From NCBI GenBank assembly GCA_012295275.1, contig CM022679.1:23808001-23872000 (forward strand): DNA of 64,000 bases, in the 5' to 3' direction. This stretch comes from Chrysomallon squamiferum (taxonomy: Eukaryota > Animalia > Mollusca). Position numbers and translations under genes: made by a program. Positions within the stretch are counted from its first letter, which is position 1; each line of letters starts with the position of its first letter. The notes beneath the pieces were generated by a model. It was not told where the DNA came from. It made no database searches and worked only from the letters and a program-made list of their open reading frames with translations. Below, piece by piece: positions 29,601-43,266 of this stretch.

Positions 29601-32290
29601 TATGCTAAATCTGAAAATGTATATTTCTGGCAAAAAGAGAAACTTTAGAACAAAAAGAAAAGAACAAAAACAACTAGAACATGACTCTCACATGATAAAA
29701 CATACAAAAGAAGAAAATGGAAATGTCAGGAAAAAGTTTAACAGAAAAATGTTTGAATTATTTATTTATTTATTTATCAGATTACTTTTGTTTATCTTGT
29801 CTTCATTATACAAGAAACATATAACTAGCTACAAATTGTTGATAAATAATTATTTATTTAATTTAACCATTTATGGTGGCTATCTACCTTAAAACTATAA
29901 ATCTTTTTCAGAGTTTTAACATGGAAAAATATGAAATAAAAAATAAACAAGAAACAGTTTTTTTATTTAACCTTTAATACATTTATCATTAAAAAAAAAA
30001 AAAAAAGAAAAAAAAAGAGACTAATTTAACAAATAAACAAGGATGATAAATTTAAAAGAACACATGGACAAAGGTTTTGCAAGAAACCATTCTAAGTGAA
30101 GGATGGGATAGGTGATCACTGTAGTCTAGACATATATAAAAACTGTTGTTGAAATAAAAAAGAAAAAGTAAAGAGATTTGATACACCCACAGGACTCATA
30201 TGTACCAAGACTTTTAATATTTCATATGCCAGATATAATTATGCATCTTTGACATTTATATTTTGAGATATTGTATGCCAATTGTATGCCAAATAATGTA
30301 ACTTTGAAATTTTGTATTTCGAAATATTTTATGCCAATCTAAAACAAATACACATTTATGTGTGCATTTTCTCTAGTATACATAACCATTTTAACTAACA
30401 GTTCTCAAATTATATGTTCTCTTGATGTCTCTTATCTTGCTATCTGAAACAATTTAATAATAACAGAACACAAAATAACAACGAAAAAATGGTCCACATC
30501 ATTGATAACCTGCCAAAAAATGGTTTTCTTTCATTCTTCTACCTCTAACCAGTCTACAATGCAGATACATTTGTTGTTGATAAAACTGCCAATGAACCAC
30601 CAATACTATGTTACTGAAGTTGACATAGCTTCAGTGAAATTAAAATGAAAACTCATTTCTCACGACTGGTTTATGGTTTTCCCTTTAATGGAACAACTAA
30701 ATATGAAAAATGTAAGACGCACTTAATGTGACTTAACTGTGCTATGAATTTGCATAGAAAAACTGCAAACTAGTTATCTACAAATTTGGAAATGGAAGCA
30801 GGGTGTAAAGAAGTGAAAGCATCAACTGGAATGTGTCTGGGATTTTTAAACCATACCTGAGTTAGCTCCTGTTTATATAAGAAACAGTAAGTTGACATAG
30901 TTAAAACATTAACATAGATATTAACAAAACGAGATACTATATAAAAAATAAAAAATGTTAAATGATTAAAAATATTAATGTTGAAATGCTGAAATAATGC
31001 AAAAAGATATTAACAAGATAATTTATATAGATAAGGAAATAATAAAGTATGTGTAAAATTGAAATAGTTAATATGTCATTAACAAATTTTTAATAATAAT
31101 AATAATGCATAAAATAATTTATAAAAATAACATATATCGAAATCATAAACAGAAGAAGAAAAATATCTGTAGAAATGCTAATCAGCATAAATGTAAAATA
31201 ATGTATATAAGAAAAATTCTTAAGCTGAATTATTAAGGTGAAACCAGCTTGCCAAAATAGATGGGAATAAAAATCAGGTTGTTGAAATATTGTTTTAGAG
31301 ATTAAAATAATATCAACTAAATGAAATAATGTAATATATGTTATATAGATGATTTTTTTAACTTCTGAAATGTAGTAAGTATCCAAAACTAATTTGAAAT
31401 AATTTAGGAATTACAATATATGCTAATATGTGGAAAGGTTTTGACAATTATGAAATGTTTCAACAAGATGAAAAAAAAAAAAAAAAAAATCCAACAACAA
31501 CTGATTATACTAATATTGTAAGCAAATTCAAATTCAACATGAAAATGAATAAGAACAAAACAAAGAATACAGTTGTGACAAAAATGACACAAAAAAAAAA
31601 ACTATTACTATAACATTTGATGATGATGATGATAATGAAGATGACAATGATGATGATGATAATAAATATAACTAGCTTACTAAGGTTGCACTGAAGCTGA
31701 GATTTCCTTCTTTGTTATCTGTATTTTATTTCATTCATTTGTAAAACATCCTATTTGATAAACACTGGTTGTTACACAGTCAGCTGAAGAACTAATTCAG
31801 CAAACCCCTATAACATTAGTGGAACAGTCACTGGCTGAATGAAGATGGCCACATTTATATACTGAATGTGCTTTACACTAAAATATGTCCTAGAACTTCA
31901 TACATATTCATACGTACTGAATGTTAGTTCATGTTAGTAGAGGTTTGCTTGTTTATTCCCTGATCTGACTGTGAAACAACTTGGATGCTAGGTAAATAGC
32001 CTATGATCAGTAGATCACTCAGAAATGATCTGCCTATTTATAAGGTGTGACAAATGGGAGGATATGAAATACTATGAAATGGTTACTCCTACATAAATTT
32101 TAGTATCAAGACTTAAGTATATGAAAAAGTTCATGAAATTAAAAAAAAAACACCCCAATATTACCAAGACTTTAGAATATGAAATAGTTATTGACATGAA
32201 TAAATATGTATTACCAAGATTTAAGTATATTAAAATTACTGACATGAAAAAACATATTTTACCAAGACTTAAGAATTTGAAATATTGAAA

Positions 32291-32339
<49 letters not shown>

Positions 32340-34269
32340 AAAAAAAAAAAAACAAGAATATGGAATAGTTACTGACATGAAAAAATGTAATTACAGTTCC
32401 TTATCAAAATTAATGTATTACAGTAATATAAAAAAATTACTGATATGAAAAAATATTGCTATGACTTAAGCAATATCAAATATTGTAATTAACAAAAACA
32501 AACTACTGCTATGACTTAAGCAGGTGGCAATATTATAAAACTTACCATCTTTAGGAAACAATTAGAAACAAATTATAAAAATAAATAAACCAGTAAGTAT
32601 ACTTTGTATTTATTTCAATATTTGACTATATAAACTCTAACAGAATTAAAAAATAATAATAATTAAAAAGTAGTTTATGTGGACATATTAGTAATTTAAT
32701 TTTGTTTTTAAAAATGAACAAAATAACAATAACAATAAAGATAAAAATTCATTTTCAAAAACAGAATAATAACAAATAAATGGAATGAATCAATAACAAA
32801 ATGTTTACTTGCCTTTGCTATTAATTTTTTATGATTTTCCTGAACATACAAGTTTTAAATAATTTGTAAAATAAAATTAAAATTAAAAAATGACCTGGGT
32901 TTTTAATTTAACAGACTTATTCCTACAAACCAAAAAAAAAAATGACTGCCTTCCATGCTGCAGTATATTTGTAGTGTAATTTCTCTATTTATTATTAATG
33001 TAGATATTTTACTTTCTATTAGCTACATTTAAAAAAAACAAAAATCTTTTCATCTTCTGACTGTCTACAAAATAAGTTATTTTTTATGATATGGAAATTT
33101 TTGTTTTTTTCTCACAAACTAGGCATACACTGTAAAGAAAATAGTTCTGTCCATTACAACATATGTATTCAAAACAAAGATGTGATCATCTATATATGTG
33201 TAATTACTGAAATATAATTGATACCTTGACAGTGTCTTTGATAGCAAGAATTTCATCATCCATCATTTTTTTAAGAGCTTCCCAGCGTTTTTCATTTTCA
33301 TCTCGGACTCTGCGTTCATAGTCAGTACGAGACTGTTGTTCAAGTTGAATTGTCTGGAAATTAAATAAATAATAAAAAGTTTAAATTTTAAAAGTAAGAT
33401 TAATAAATGGACATAATAACTAGTAACATAATTACTAAAGTGATAGTTTCAAATATCCTGGGTAATACTTTGAGTTCTTGTATTTCACCTTCTAGTCAGT
33501 ATATATTAGTATTATGGTTGTCAAAGGTTGTGTTTTTTGTCATTTCTCCACTGCTGTTATTAAATATCAGAAGCCACTGTTTTATCAGCAGTGAATCTTT
33601 CTATTAATTAAACTACTTTTAACACAAAAGATTTAACACAACAAACATTAAAAAAAAAACCAGTGTACTAAGATGTCTTTAAAACTGAAATTCATTTCAT
33701 AAATCTTAACCAAGACATTTGTCACAGATTTTCTATCATCAATATCCTACCGTAACAGGAATGAATTTTCTACATATTATTCATTATTATTAATAATGCC
33801 ACAAAACAGAAAGTTTTAAAAATAACATAATATGATGAGTAATTATTAAATAAATCTAAATTTACAAACCTTCTCCAGTTGTAGAGCTTTTTCTTGGATT
33901 TCTTCTCTCAGTTTGATTTCTTTAGTCAGTATCTTCTTGTTTGTTTCTTCCAGTGATTCAGCTAACTGAGCCTGCAGTTTGAGTCTCTCGCTCTCAGCCA
34001 CGTGTTCTCTCTCTCTGGCTATCATGTCCAGAGCATGCATCGACTCTTCACGTTTACGATTCTGTTCTCCGATAGCTTGGTGAAGTTCATTAGCTCTGAA
34101 AAGAAAAGAAAAAAATATAAATTACAAACATCTACATCTTTATCTATATCTATTATTTAAAATTAACTGAATGAGAGCAGTATATTTCAGAACACTTCAT
34201 ATATAATAAATACAGAGAGAGAGAGTGGGAGATATAAAAATTATTTATAGCTATTTGCTCCAAAATTGC

Positions 34270-34312
<43 letters not shown>

Positions 34313-35453
34313 TTAATAATATTAATAATAATATTTAAAAAATATATAAATATCTATTTTCACAATTTGAATTAATATTAAAAGTAGTTTAATTAGGTGA
34401 TCTCTCCTGGCAAAAGTAATAAAAAAATTCAAAAATAGAAATATTGTATATATTTTTACAATTTTAATTAATACTAAAGGTATTCATCAAATGATCTCTT
34501 CTGGGAAAAGTAATAAAAATACACATGCACACACATACACACGCATGCACACACTCACACACACACACACATACATACATAGACTCAAATACACACAGAC
34601 AAATCTATTCAAAGATTATAAGAAAATTACTTGAACTGCAGTTGTTGTTCTAGAGATCTTCTCTCTGTTGCTTCTTGGTCCTGTTTTGATCTAATGTCCA
34701 AAATAACCTCCCTGAGTTCAGACAGTCTGTGAAAATTATAAAAGTAAAAATAAAAACAATAAATAAACAAAACAAAAGTAAATTAATCAATAAACTACAC
34801 TCTAATAATAATAATAATAATAATAATTATAATAATAATAGTAATAATAATAATAAATAAATAAATAATTAATTAAATACCCATCTATTCTTTTCCTTTT
34901 TAGTATAATACCATCATTTTTCTTTTATATATATATTTTTTATTCTTTTTATTTCCTGTATTAATAGATATCTTTTACATATTTCTTTATTAATTCTAAA
35001 TTAAATTTTTTATCTTTTAAAATATAGAATACACTGTTACTGAAGTCCATGGTGTTTAGTTAACTAATGATAAAACATAATTGTATTTTTCTTCACATAT
35101 AATTGCTATTTTTATTTTTCACTGTGTTTGGGCTTTTTTTTTTAAAGCCAAAATGAAAGCCTGTTTCAATAACAGTATAATGTAATTTTAAAATCTGTTT
35201 ACCTTGTTTCTACTTGTGATCGTAAATGTGCCAGGCTATGTTCTGCGTGTGACTGGATGTCACCCTGCTTTCGTATTGAGTCCATCTGCAGAAGGGTTGT
35301 AATAATTAACATTAATCAGTTGTGTTGAGTGTTTATTAATTAGCTGAAAACTAAATTCTATACAGCTCACTAATGAAAGTGTTTTAAAAAAAAAAAAATT
35401 AAAAAAAAAAATTAAAAATTAAAAAATAAATGAAAAGGAAATATTTAGATTGG

Positions 35454-35523
<70 letters not shown>

Positions 35524-38500
35524 TATAAAATAGAAATAGAAATAAAAATAGAAAAAAAGTATATATTGTTTCATTAGTTCAAAAAAATATTAAGATTTTT
35601 GTTTATAATTATTTATTTATTAAGCAAAAAATGTTCTTGAAAAATAATTTACACATGACACACCCATTTAAAGAGAATAACTGTATATTTTTAAATGGAT
35701 TAATAAACAGATATTCAACTTCTCTGTTTCTGAAGTAAGAATGTAGATTTATTAACTGAATATTAATTTTATATCATCAAACTTGCAATGATGTAAAAAT
35801 TTCAAAAGAAGATAACACCTAAAACTGAAATATAAACTCATTTAAATATGTCATATTTTATATTAACACATAAAATTGGAGAATTTAAAATACATTTTAA
35901 AACTATTTAAGTTGAGGATAAGAAAATACATTATGCTGTTATTTGTCAGTATGATCATTATTGTTATTGTTACTGTTGTATTATGAAGGCAAGGGAGATA
36001 ATCAATATGACTTACCAACTATAACAGCATGCAGAAAGTACAAATTAAACATTAGTAAACAGAATAAATAGAAACAATCCAAACATCAACAGAGAAACAT
36101 ATCCATGCATTCCACTTAGAATAAACAAATTTATATTTATTTAAGTTACAAATAAAACATTAATTTCAATATATTGTTTTTTTGTTATATGAAACACAGC
36201 TATTTTAAAATTGTAATTTATATATTGTTTAAACTTTTAAATATTATTTTACTTATTATTATTATTTTTTACCACTTATTTAAATAATTAATTTAAAAAA
36301 TTATATTTTTAAAAAGGATTTACTCTTTTAACAGAAACATTGTAATACTGTTCAAAAGAATGTTTTAAATTTTGTTAGTAAATAATTATACAACATTTAC
36401 TTCACAAATTTGGTATTTAGGGAAATAATTGTTAGTAGGCAAAACAAAAAACAGAAAATCAATTACAGTTAATATATATATATTATAAACTATTTTACTG
36501 TTATTTTCAGCATTATAATCAAACAATTATGACATTTTCTAATATGTAATGTGAAGATATTATTAATCAACTGTAATATAATCCTCAATAATGTGATCAT
36601 AATTTGTCTTTTAGGTATTATATTTGTTCCTGTATTATATTGTATTGTATTTATTATTTTGTTTTGTTTTGTTTTTATTTTTATTTTTTGTTTCTCTTTC
36701 TTTCTATTGTGTATTTTTTGCAATCAAAACCATTAGTCCAAAGCCCAGGGAAATCCCTAATATACAATTAATATACTAAGGGAATTAGTTAGTATATCAA
36801 AAATAATTAATAAATTAGAATAAAACACAGGAAGCTAAACAACAGGTAATCCATATAAACATCAGTTCATTGTGTAATGAGGTGAAATATAAATTAAAAT
36901 GGACAAAAATTTGAACTGTTTCACAACAGGTTGGAAGGTATACCAAAACTGTGAACAAAGGTTTAACAAATTTCATGAATGAAAAATAAAACAACAACAA
37001 TAATAATAATAATAAATAAATAAATTAATTAATTAATAAATAAAGAAATAATCATAAAACATAATAAAAAAATAAAAACAATGGGCAGATTTTGATTTTT
37101 TTTCCACAACAGATGTTAATAACAAAATTCAGCACATTATCTGGCCAAGACAACAGGATAACATTGGAAACAAAGGAAAATGGGAGCCTATTTTCATTTT
37201 TATAAGCTTTTATATTAACAGCATACTCTGCTGTGATTAAAAATTAGTCTCCATTTTCATAAACAAAAAAAAGACAAAAAAAACAAAAAAAAAAAAAATA
37301 AAATAGAAAAAATAAAGAAAAACCAAAATGCATTTAGTTATTTTATTCTTGGGAGCAGAATTAACACTTTTACCAATAACAAGAACAAAAAAAAAAAAAA
37401 AAAAAAAGAAATAATGATTAAAAAAAAAAAAAAAAAAAAGAAAAGAAAAGGCAGGAAGTAAATAAGTAAATAAAACAATCTTGAATGATTTGTTGTATTC
37501 CCTTTAGCAGACTGTAAGTCTTTGGTAGTTAGTAAATATTTAAAGCTGAGGATGTTATGGTTTTATTCATTCTATAGACTTTAGCAGACTGTAAGTCTTT
37601 GATAGTTAGTAAATATTTAAAGCTGTGGATGTTATGGTTTTATTCATTTTATACCTGAAGTCTGTTCTCTTCTTCCAGTCTTTTTGATCTCAGTTTTAAC
37701 TCATTTGTGGCTGAGAGAAATTCAGATGTTTGAGTGTCGACTTTATTTCGTACTGATCGCAATTCATCCATCAGTGTGTATGTTGTTTTCTCAAGCTGAT
37801 CTTTGGCTCGAAGAGTTTCTTGTAGTTTGTTTTCCAGATCAGCCAATCTGTAATTTTCATGCAATGTGTACATTTATTTTACCATATCGTTTACAGGTTT
37901 ACACATTTATAGTTTATAAATTTGTTTAAATTAAATTAAAATGTAAGGAAATGGAAAACAATCTTTTTAAATTTAATGTCTTGTCTATATATATATGTGT
38001 GTGTGTGCGTGTGTGTGTGTGTGTGAGTGTGTGTGTGTGTGTGTGTTTGTGTGTGTATGTGTATGAGTGTATACAACAATTTGGAACAGAAATATTCTGA
38101 TCAAACAGAAATAAATATATGAATGAAACTGAACATGAAGATGACAATATCGACTCACTTTGATGCCTGTGCATCTTTTCTTGCCTTCAGCTCCTGCTGA
38201 CTGGCGACCACAGCCTGCTCCACCCCCTTCGTGTGACTGACCAGAGATGACAGTGCTGATTTTTCATCGAGAATTTTCTCCTCGGTAGCTTTGATCCTCG
38301 CCGACAATTGCATGATGAGGTCATTGCACATCTTGAGAGACGTCTCCAGCGTCTGTCTGGCTGAACGCTCTTCTCGGAGAGTGGATTCATTTCTGTGTAC
38401 GCTGGACCGCAACTCGTTCTGCAGGCGAAGAACCTCCTCCAGGAGGGTTCGGTTTGATTTCTCCGTGACTCCTAATCTAGATTCGAGGAAATGCACCCTT

Positions 38501-39703
38501 TCCTGGGCATCGGGCATTTCAGTTCCTGTCCTGAGCCCACCCATGGTGGACTTCTGTGGCCCAGGGCCATGAAATGGAACCACTTGCTTGTCCTGGGCTG
38601 GAGGTGGGGGCGATGCAATGGAAGGTAGCTGTGTGTATTTTGTAGGGAACTGAGAAGAATTTCTGAAAATCAAGTAATGAAGAACTGTTAATGTTAATGC
38701 AAGAAAGGACTTACTATATAAAAATATTTGGTTAAATGATTTTTACATAATCAAAAATAGAATTAAGATAAAATAAAATAAAATAAATGAAATGAAATGA
38801 ATGAATAAATGAATGAATGAATGAATAAATAAATAATTAAATAACAAGAAGAACAAAAACATAATAACAACAAATTTTAAAATTCTGAACATGAAATTAT
38901 ACAAATAGAAACATTAAATTTTTCAGAATATATATCTTGAACATTAGAATTAAATATTATTTTCATCAATGTTGAATCAGTTTGGAAACAAAACAAACAA
39001 ACAATCTGAAAAAAAAATAAAATAAATAAAATTCCACACATAAAAGAACTCCACCATGCAACAAAATGAAAGAAAAATAAAATATTATATTAAAAGTATG
39101 GAAAAGTAATTGGTTCAATCTTTCAAAAGTGAAAAACTAAAAAATTATATATTAACTTAAGAATCAAATATAATATTAATAATTAAATAAAGAATAATAA
39201 TAAAAAAAAAACATTTAAAAAACGACATTAACACAGATCACTAAAATCTGAAAAAAGAAAAATGAAAGAAATAAAAATACGTAAATATAAAAATAAATAA
39301 GTATCATAAAATGATAAAACAAAATTGTTTATAATTTTTTGCAGTATACTACACTAATATGTCTTGAGTATCAGCAAAGGAATTTTTATAGGCATGTTCT
39401 CTTAAGCTAGGCTTTGGACATTAGCTGTGATGTGAAACCATCAAAGGAGAATGAAATACTACTACTACTACTACTACTAATAATAATAATAATACAAGTA
39501 GTGGTATTAGTTGTGGTAGCAGTAGCAGCAGCATTTATAATAATACTAGATATGAAGCCATACATGGAGGATGAAATAATAATAATAATAATCATACAAG
39601 CAGCAGTAGTAGTTGTAGCAGTAGCAGCAGCAATTACAATAATACTAATAATAATAATCATACAAGCAGCAGTAGTAGTTGTAGCAGTAGCAGCAGCAAT
39701 TAC

Positions 39704-39745
<42 letters not shown>

Positions 39746-40613
39746 AATACTAGAAGTTGAAAGTACTATTACTAGTCCTATTATTACTACTACTACTACT
39801 ACTAATAATAATTATAGTAATAATAATAACAATTTAAAAATTTATTAAGAACCTCAAAAAGAATGCCTTTTCAGGTAGACATTTAGATATTAATTGGATA
39901 AATGTGTTTTATTTTATCTTCAGACTCACCTGGTTTTAATTTTGTTAACACAAAACTGTTTATGTAAAACTTCAGAGCACTGATGTAGAGAATGGAATTG
40001 TTATTTATCAAAGCCATCCCTGACAACCCCGCAGAAACAAATAAAATCAATAACTGATAATGGAGGGAGTAGTGTCTGTCATTGTCAGAATGAAATTATT
40101 GTGTTACTAGTAATGGTGTTGATGAGAAGAAGAAAAAAACACAAAAAAAATTTTAGCCATAAATGAAGGTGTAATAAGAAATCAGTTAATGTTTTTCAAT
40201 TAATTTTACTGTTTTTATTAATTTAACATTATTTTTAATTTTTACTAATGGAGTAAATTAGACATTAATTTCATATTAAGTTTCTTTAATTTAGAATCAA
40301 GTAATAATTATTTGAGAAATCTAACTGATTAGAAATTTTACGTTGATTTTAAAGATATCACTTATTTAATAATAAATAATAATCTTCAGGCAACAGCCAT
40401 GACTTGCAAGTGATAAATTAACACAAATATAATTATACTCAATTAGTAAATAAGAATGTTTAAAAAAAAAAAAATTATCTCTTGTAATCTTATAGTTATA
40501 TACTACTACTACTAACTATGATGTTGATTATGTTGATGATGTAAAATTCTAAAAAACAAATAATAATAATAAAAATTAATAATACAAATTATGATGATGA
40601 TGATTATGATATA

Positions 40614-40646
<33 letters not shown>

Positions 40647-43221
40647 AAAAATAAAAAGAATTCAATGATTAATAGAATGAATCAATAAACTAAGAAAATT
40701 AAAAAATAATTAATGAAAAAATGTCATAATTTAATCTAAATTCAAATAATGTAATTATAACAAAATATTTAAAAAACAAAAACATTCCCCTTGAAAACAA
40801 AAATGCAACAAACTAACAAATGCATGCATATATCAGCAAAATGTTCAAGCATATCCAACATGCCAAAAATGTCACCAGATTCTTATAACTTATCAACAAA
40901 GCATAATATGAAACTATTTTTTTTAGATTAACAAATCAAAAAGATAACATCTATGTATACACATATCTATAATCTCACAATATATCTACTTTTTTATCAT
41001 TAAGAATTTTAGCTACATGAAGGTCAAATGTCATTTTTAGTTCCAACTATTTTGCTTTTATGTTGTTTTTATTTATTTTATTTTTTTAGATTTATTATTT
41101 TTCTATTCTCATATTCTGTCTGGCACTAGTATTAGTTTAAAGACAAGTGGTTAATTAACTGAAAAATATTACTTGTACCTGTGGTGATCTGACCTGTATC
41201 TGTTACATGATTGGCTAATAATCAATACTATTTTCTATACAGTTTTACTGTAAAATTCAATTAGTGTATGAGGTAACAGAGTTAATGAAACTATTTGAAT
41301 ATTAGATACAGAGTATGTGATGTATTTTATATTATTAATGGGGATGATGATACTCTTTATATTTATTTTAAAATTCTGCTTAATGTTTTTGGTGTTCTTA
41401 GTAATTATTACAGTATGACTGATTGTTACTTATTATTATATTTATTTATTTCTTAACTTCTGGATTTTATTTATTTTATTTTTTTAGATTTATTATTTTT
41501 CTATTCTCATATTCTGTCTGGCACTAGTATTAGTTTAAAGACAAGTGGTTAATTAACTGAAAAATATTACTTGTACCTGTGGTGATCTGACCTGTATCTG
41601 TTACATGATTGGCTAATAATCAATACTATTTTCTATACAGTTTTACTGTAAAATTCAATTAGTGTATGAGGTAACAGAGTTAATGAAACTATTTGAATAT
41701 TAGATACAGAGTAAGTGATGTATTTTATATTATTAATGGGGATGATGATACTCTTTATATTTATTTTAAAATTCTGCTTAATGTTTTTGGTGTTCTTAGT
41801 AATTATTACAGTATGACTGATTGTTACTTATTATTATATTTATTTATTTCTTAACTTCTGGATGGTTTAAAATTACAAAGTTGCCGTCTGTAATGTTACT
41901 ACTGTGTTCTGTTGGTACTGATGTTATTATTACTATTGATATTATATTTGGAAATCAGTACAGCTCAGTGGTTAAAGCACAAGACTGAGACTTAACAAAT
42001 TAACATATGCAGTGTATTTAAATTAAATATCAAGAGACAAATAAAATATGTTTTAAAAATTTACAAACAGTTCTAATTTGCAGCCTTTTACACAATAATA
42101 TTGAAGGAACAGAGTGTAGTACACTGGCACATACTAATTGGTGGATCTTCCCACACACGCATAAACATGTATACAGTAATACTGAAACCATACTGAAGGA
42201 ATACAATGCAGTTCATTGGCACATGATATTATACGGGATCTATCCCTCACGTCCTATCTTTAGTCAAAGTTGCTGTCTCCAGTCAAGTATATAAAAGGCA
42301 TGGTATTTATTTTCCTGTTTATGGGAACTGCCATTACTACTGAGACCTATACTTTCTCTTATTAAGGCAAGACTGTGCACAGAAGCATTGAAATACACCG
42401 AAAAACATGGCTATATTCACCAGTGATAATCTCAACAAAACATTAAGATAAAACATTCACACTTTGACACAACAAAGTATGAGGTGTGATTATTAAAATT
42501 TAATTTACTTTATATAAAAATATTTGCATATTTTATGTTAATTAGGTAAATAAAATGGTTGCCACTTCAGTCAAACCAGTCAAAATTATGAATTGATGTA
42601 ATATCTCCATAATGCATAGTTTTATGTCAATGAAATCTTGTATGTAGCTTTATACAGATATCCCGATTATCATTAAGAAATGATGACTGATAATTAGTAA
42701 CCATTTATTTTGTTTTTAAAAAATAAAATTGTACTGAGGTGTTCATTAGACAAATACCAATATTTATTTCACATTAATGAACAACTCTGCTATCATTCTT
42801 TAATTATTTGAAATCTAATGAGAATTTCCAAACTGATTGAATTATCTTGTTATTGTAGTCTATCTTTCACCTTGATATTTATTAATTACCTTTTCATGTT
42901 AGTGTTGTTGTACTCTGTAACACCATTGTCTCTGAATACATAAAAAACCAAATAAAGATTTTTTTTTTTTTTTTTGCTTTATAAGAATAACAGAGAGGTT
43001 TTTTTATTGCATTGTAGTCTATAACTGTATATATACATATATATTCTACACTTGTTTGCCAGTCATACTTGAATGAGTTTTCTGCATACTGTTCAATATC
43101 ACTACTTTTCCAAGCTGTGTTATGGCTGGTTACCAGTGTTTAGAAATCAAATCAATGAATAATTACTCAAATCAGCCATTAAACCTACATTTAAGTAACT
43201 CTTTTCCTTTCTTCATTTCTT

Positions 43222-43266
<45 letters not shown>

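Noticed and set aside
30387-30443. 57-nt poison-exon-like unit (IAR*)
   Set aside because: Weak GTTATG donor; no other support.
31681-31698. AG..GTAAGC unit of 10 or 16 nt (similar 5-nt unit at 36944-36948)
   Set aside because: Not a multiple of 3 and poor splice context; kept only as an indication of the chance background for microexon calls.
38187-38572. Overlapping and antisense ORFs on the large exon (also 20095-20793 and 37684-37929)
   Set aside because: Expected shadow ORFs of coding exons.
39407-39848. 144-aa hydrophobic ORF and its antisense partner
   Set aside because: Product of AAT/CTA/GCA trinucleotide repeats inside an intron.
39930-40020. Strong minus-strand donor CAG|GTGAGT with an upstream ATG ORF (MALINNN...)
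   Set aside because: Ends in phase 1, incompatible with the phase-2 acceptor at 38662; could at most be a non-coding exon.
41956-41995. Functional tRNA gene
   Set aside because: Only a D-arm/A-box-like half; no T-arm/B-box or acceptor stem.
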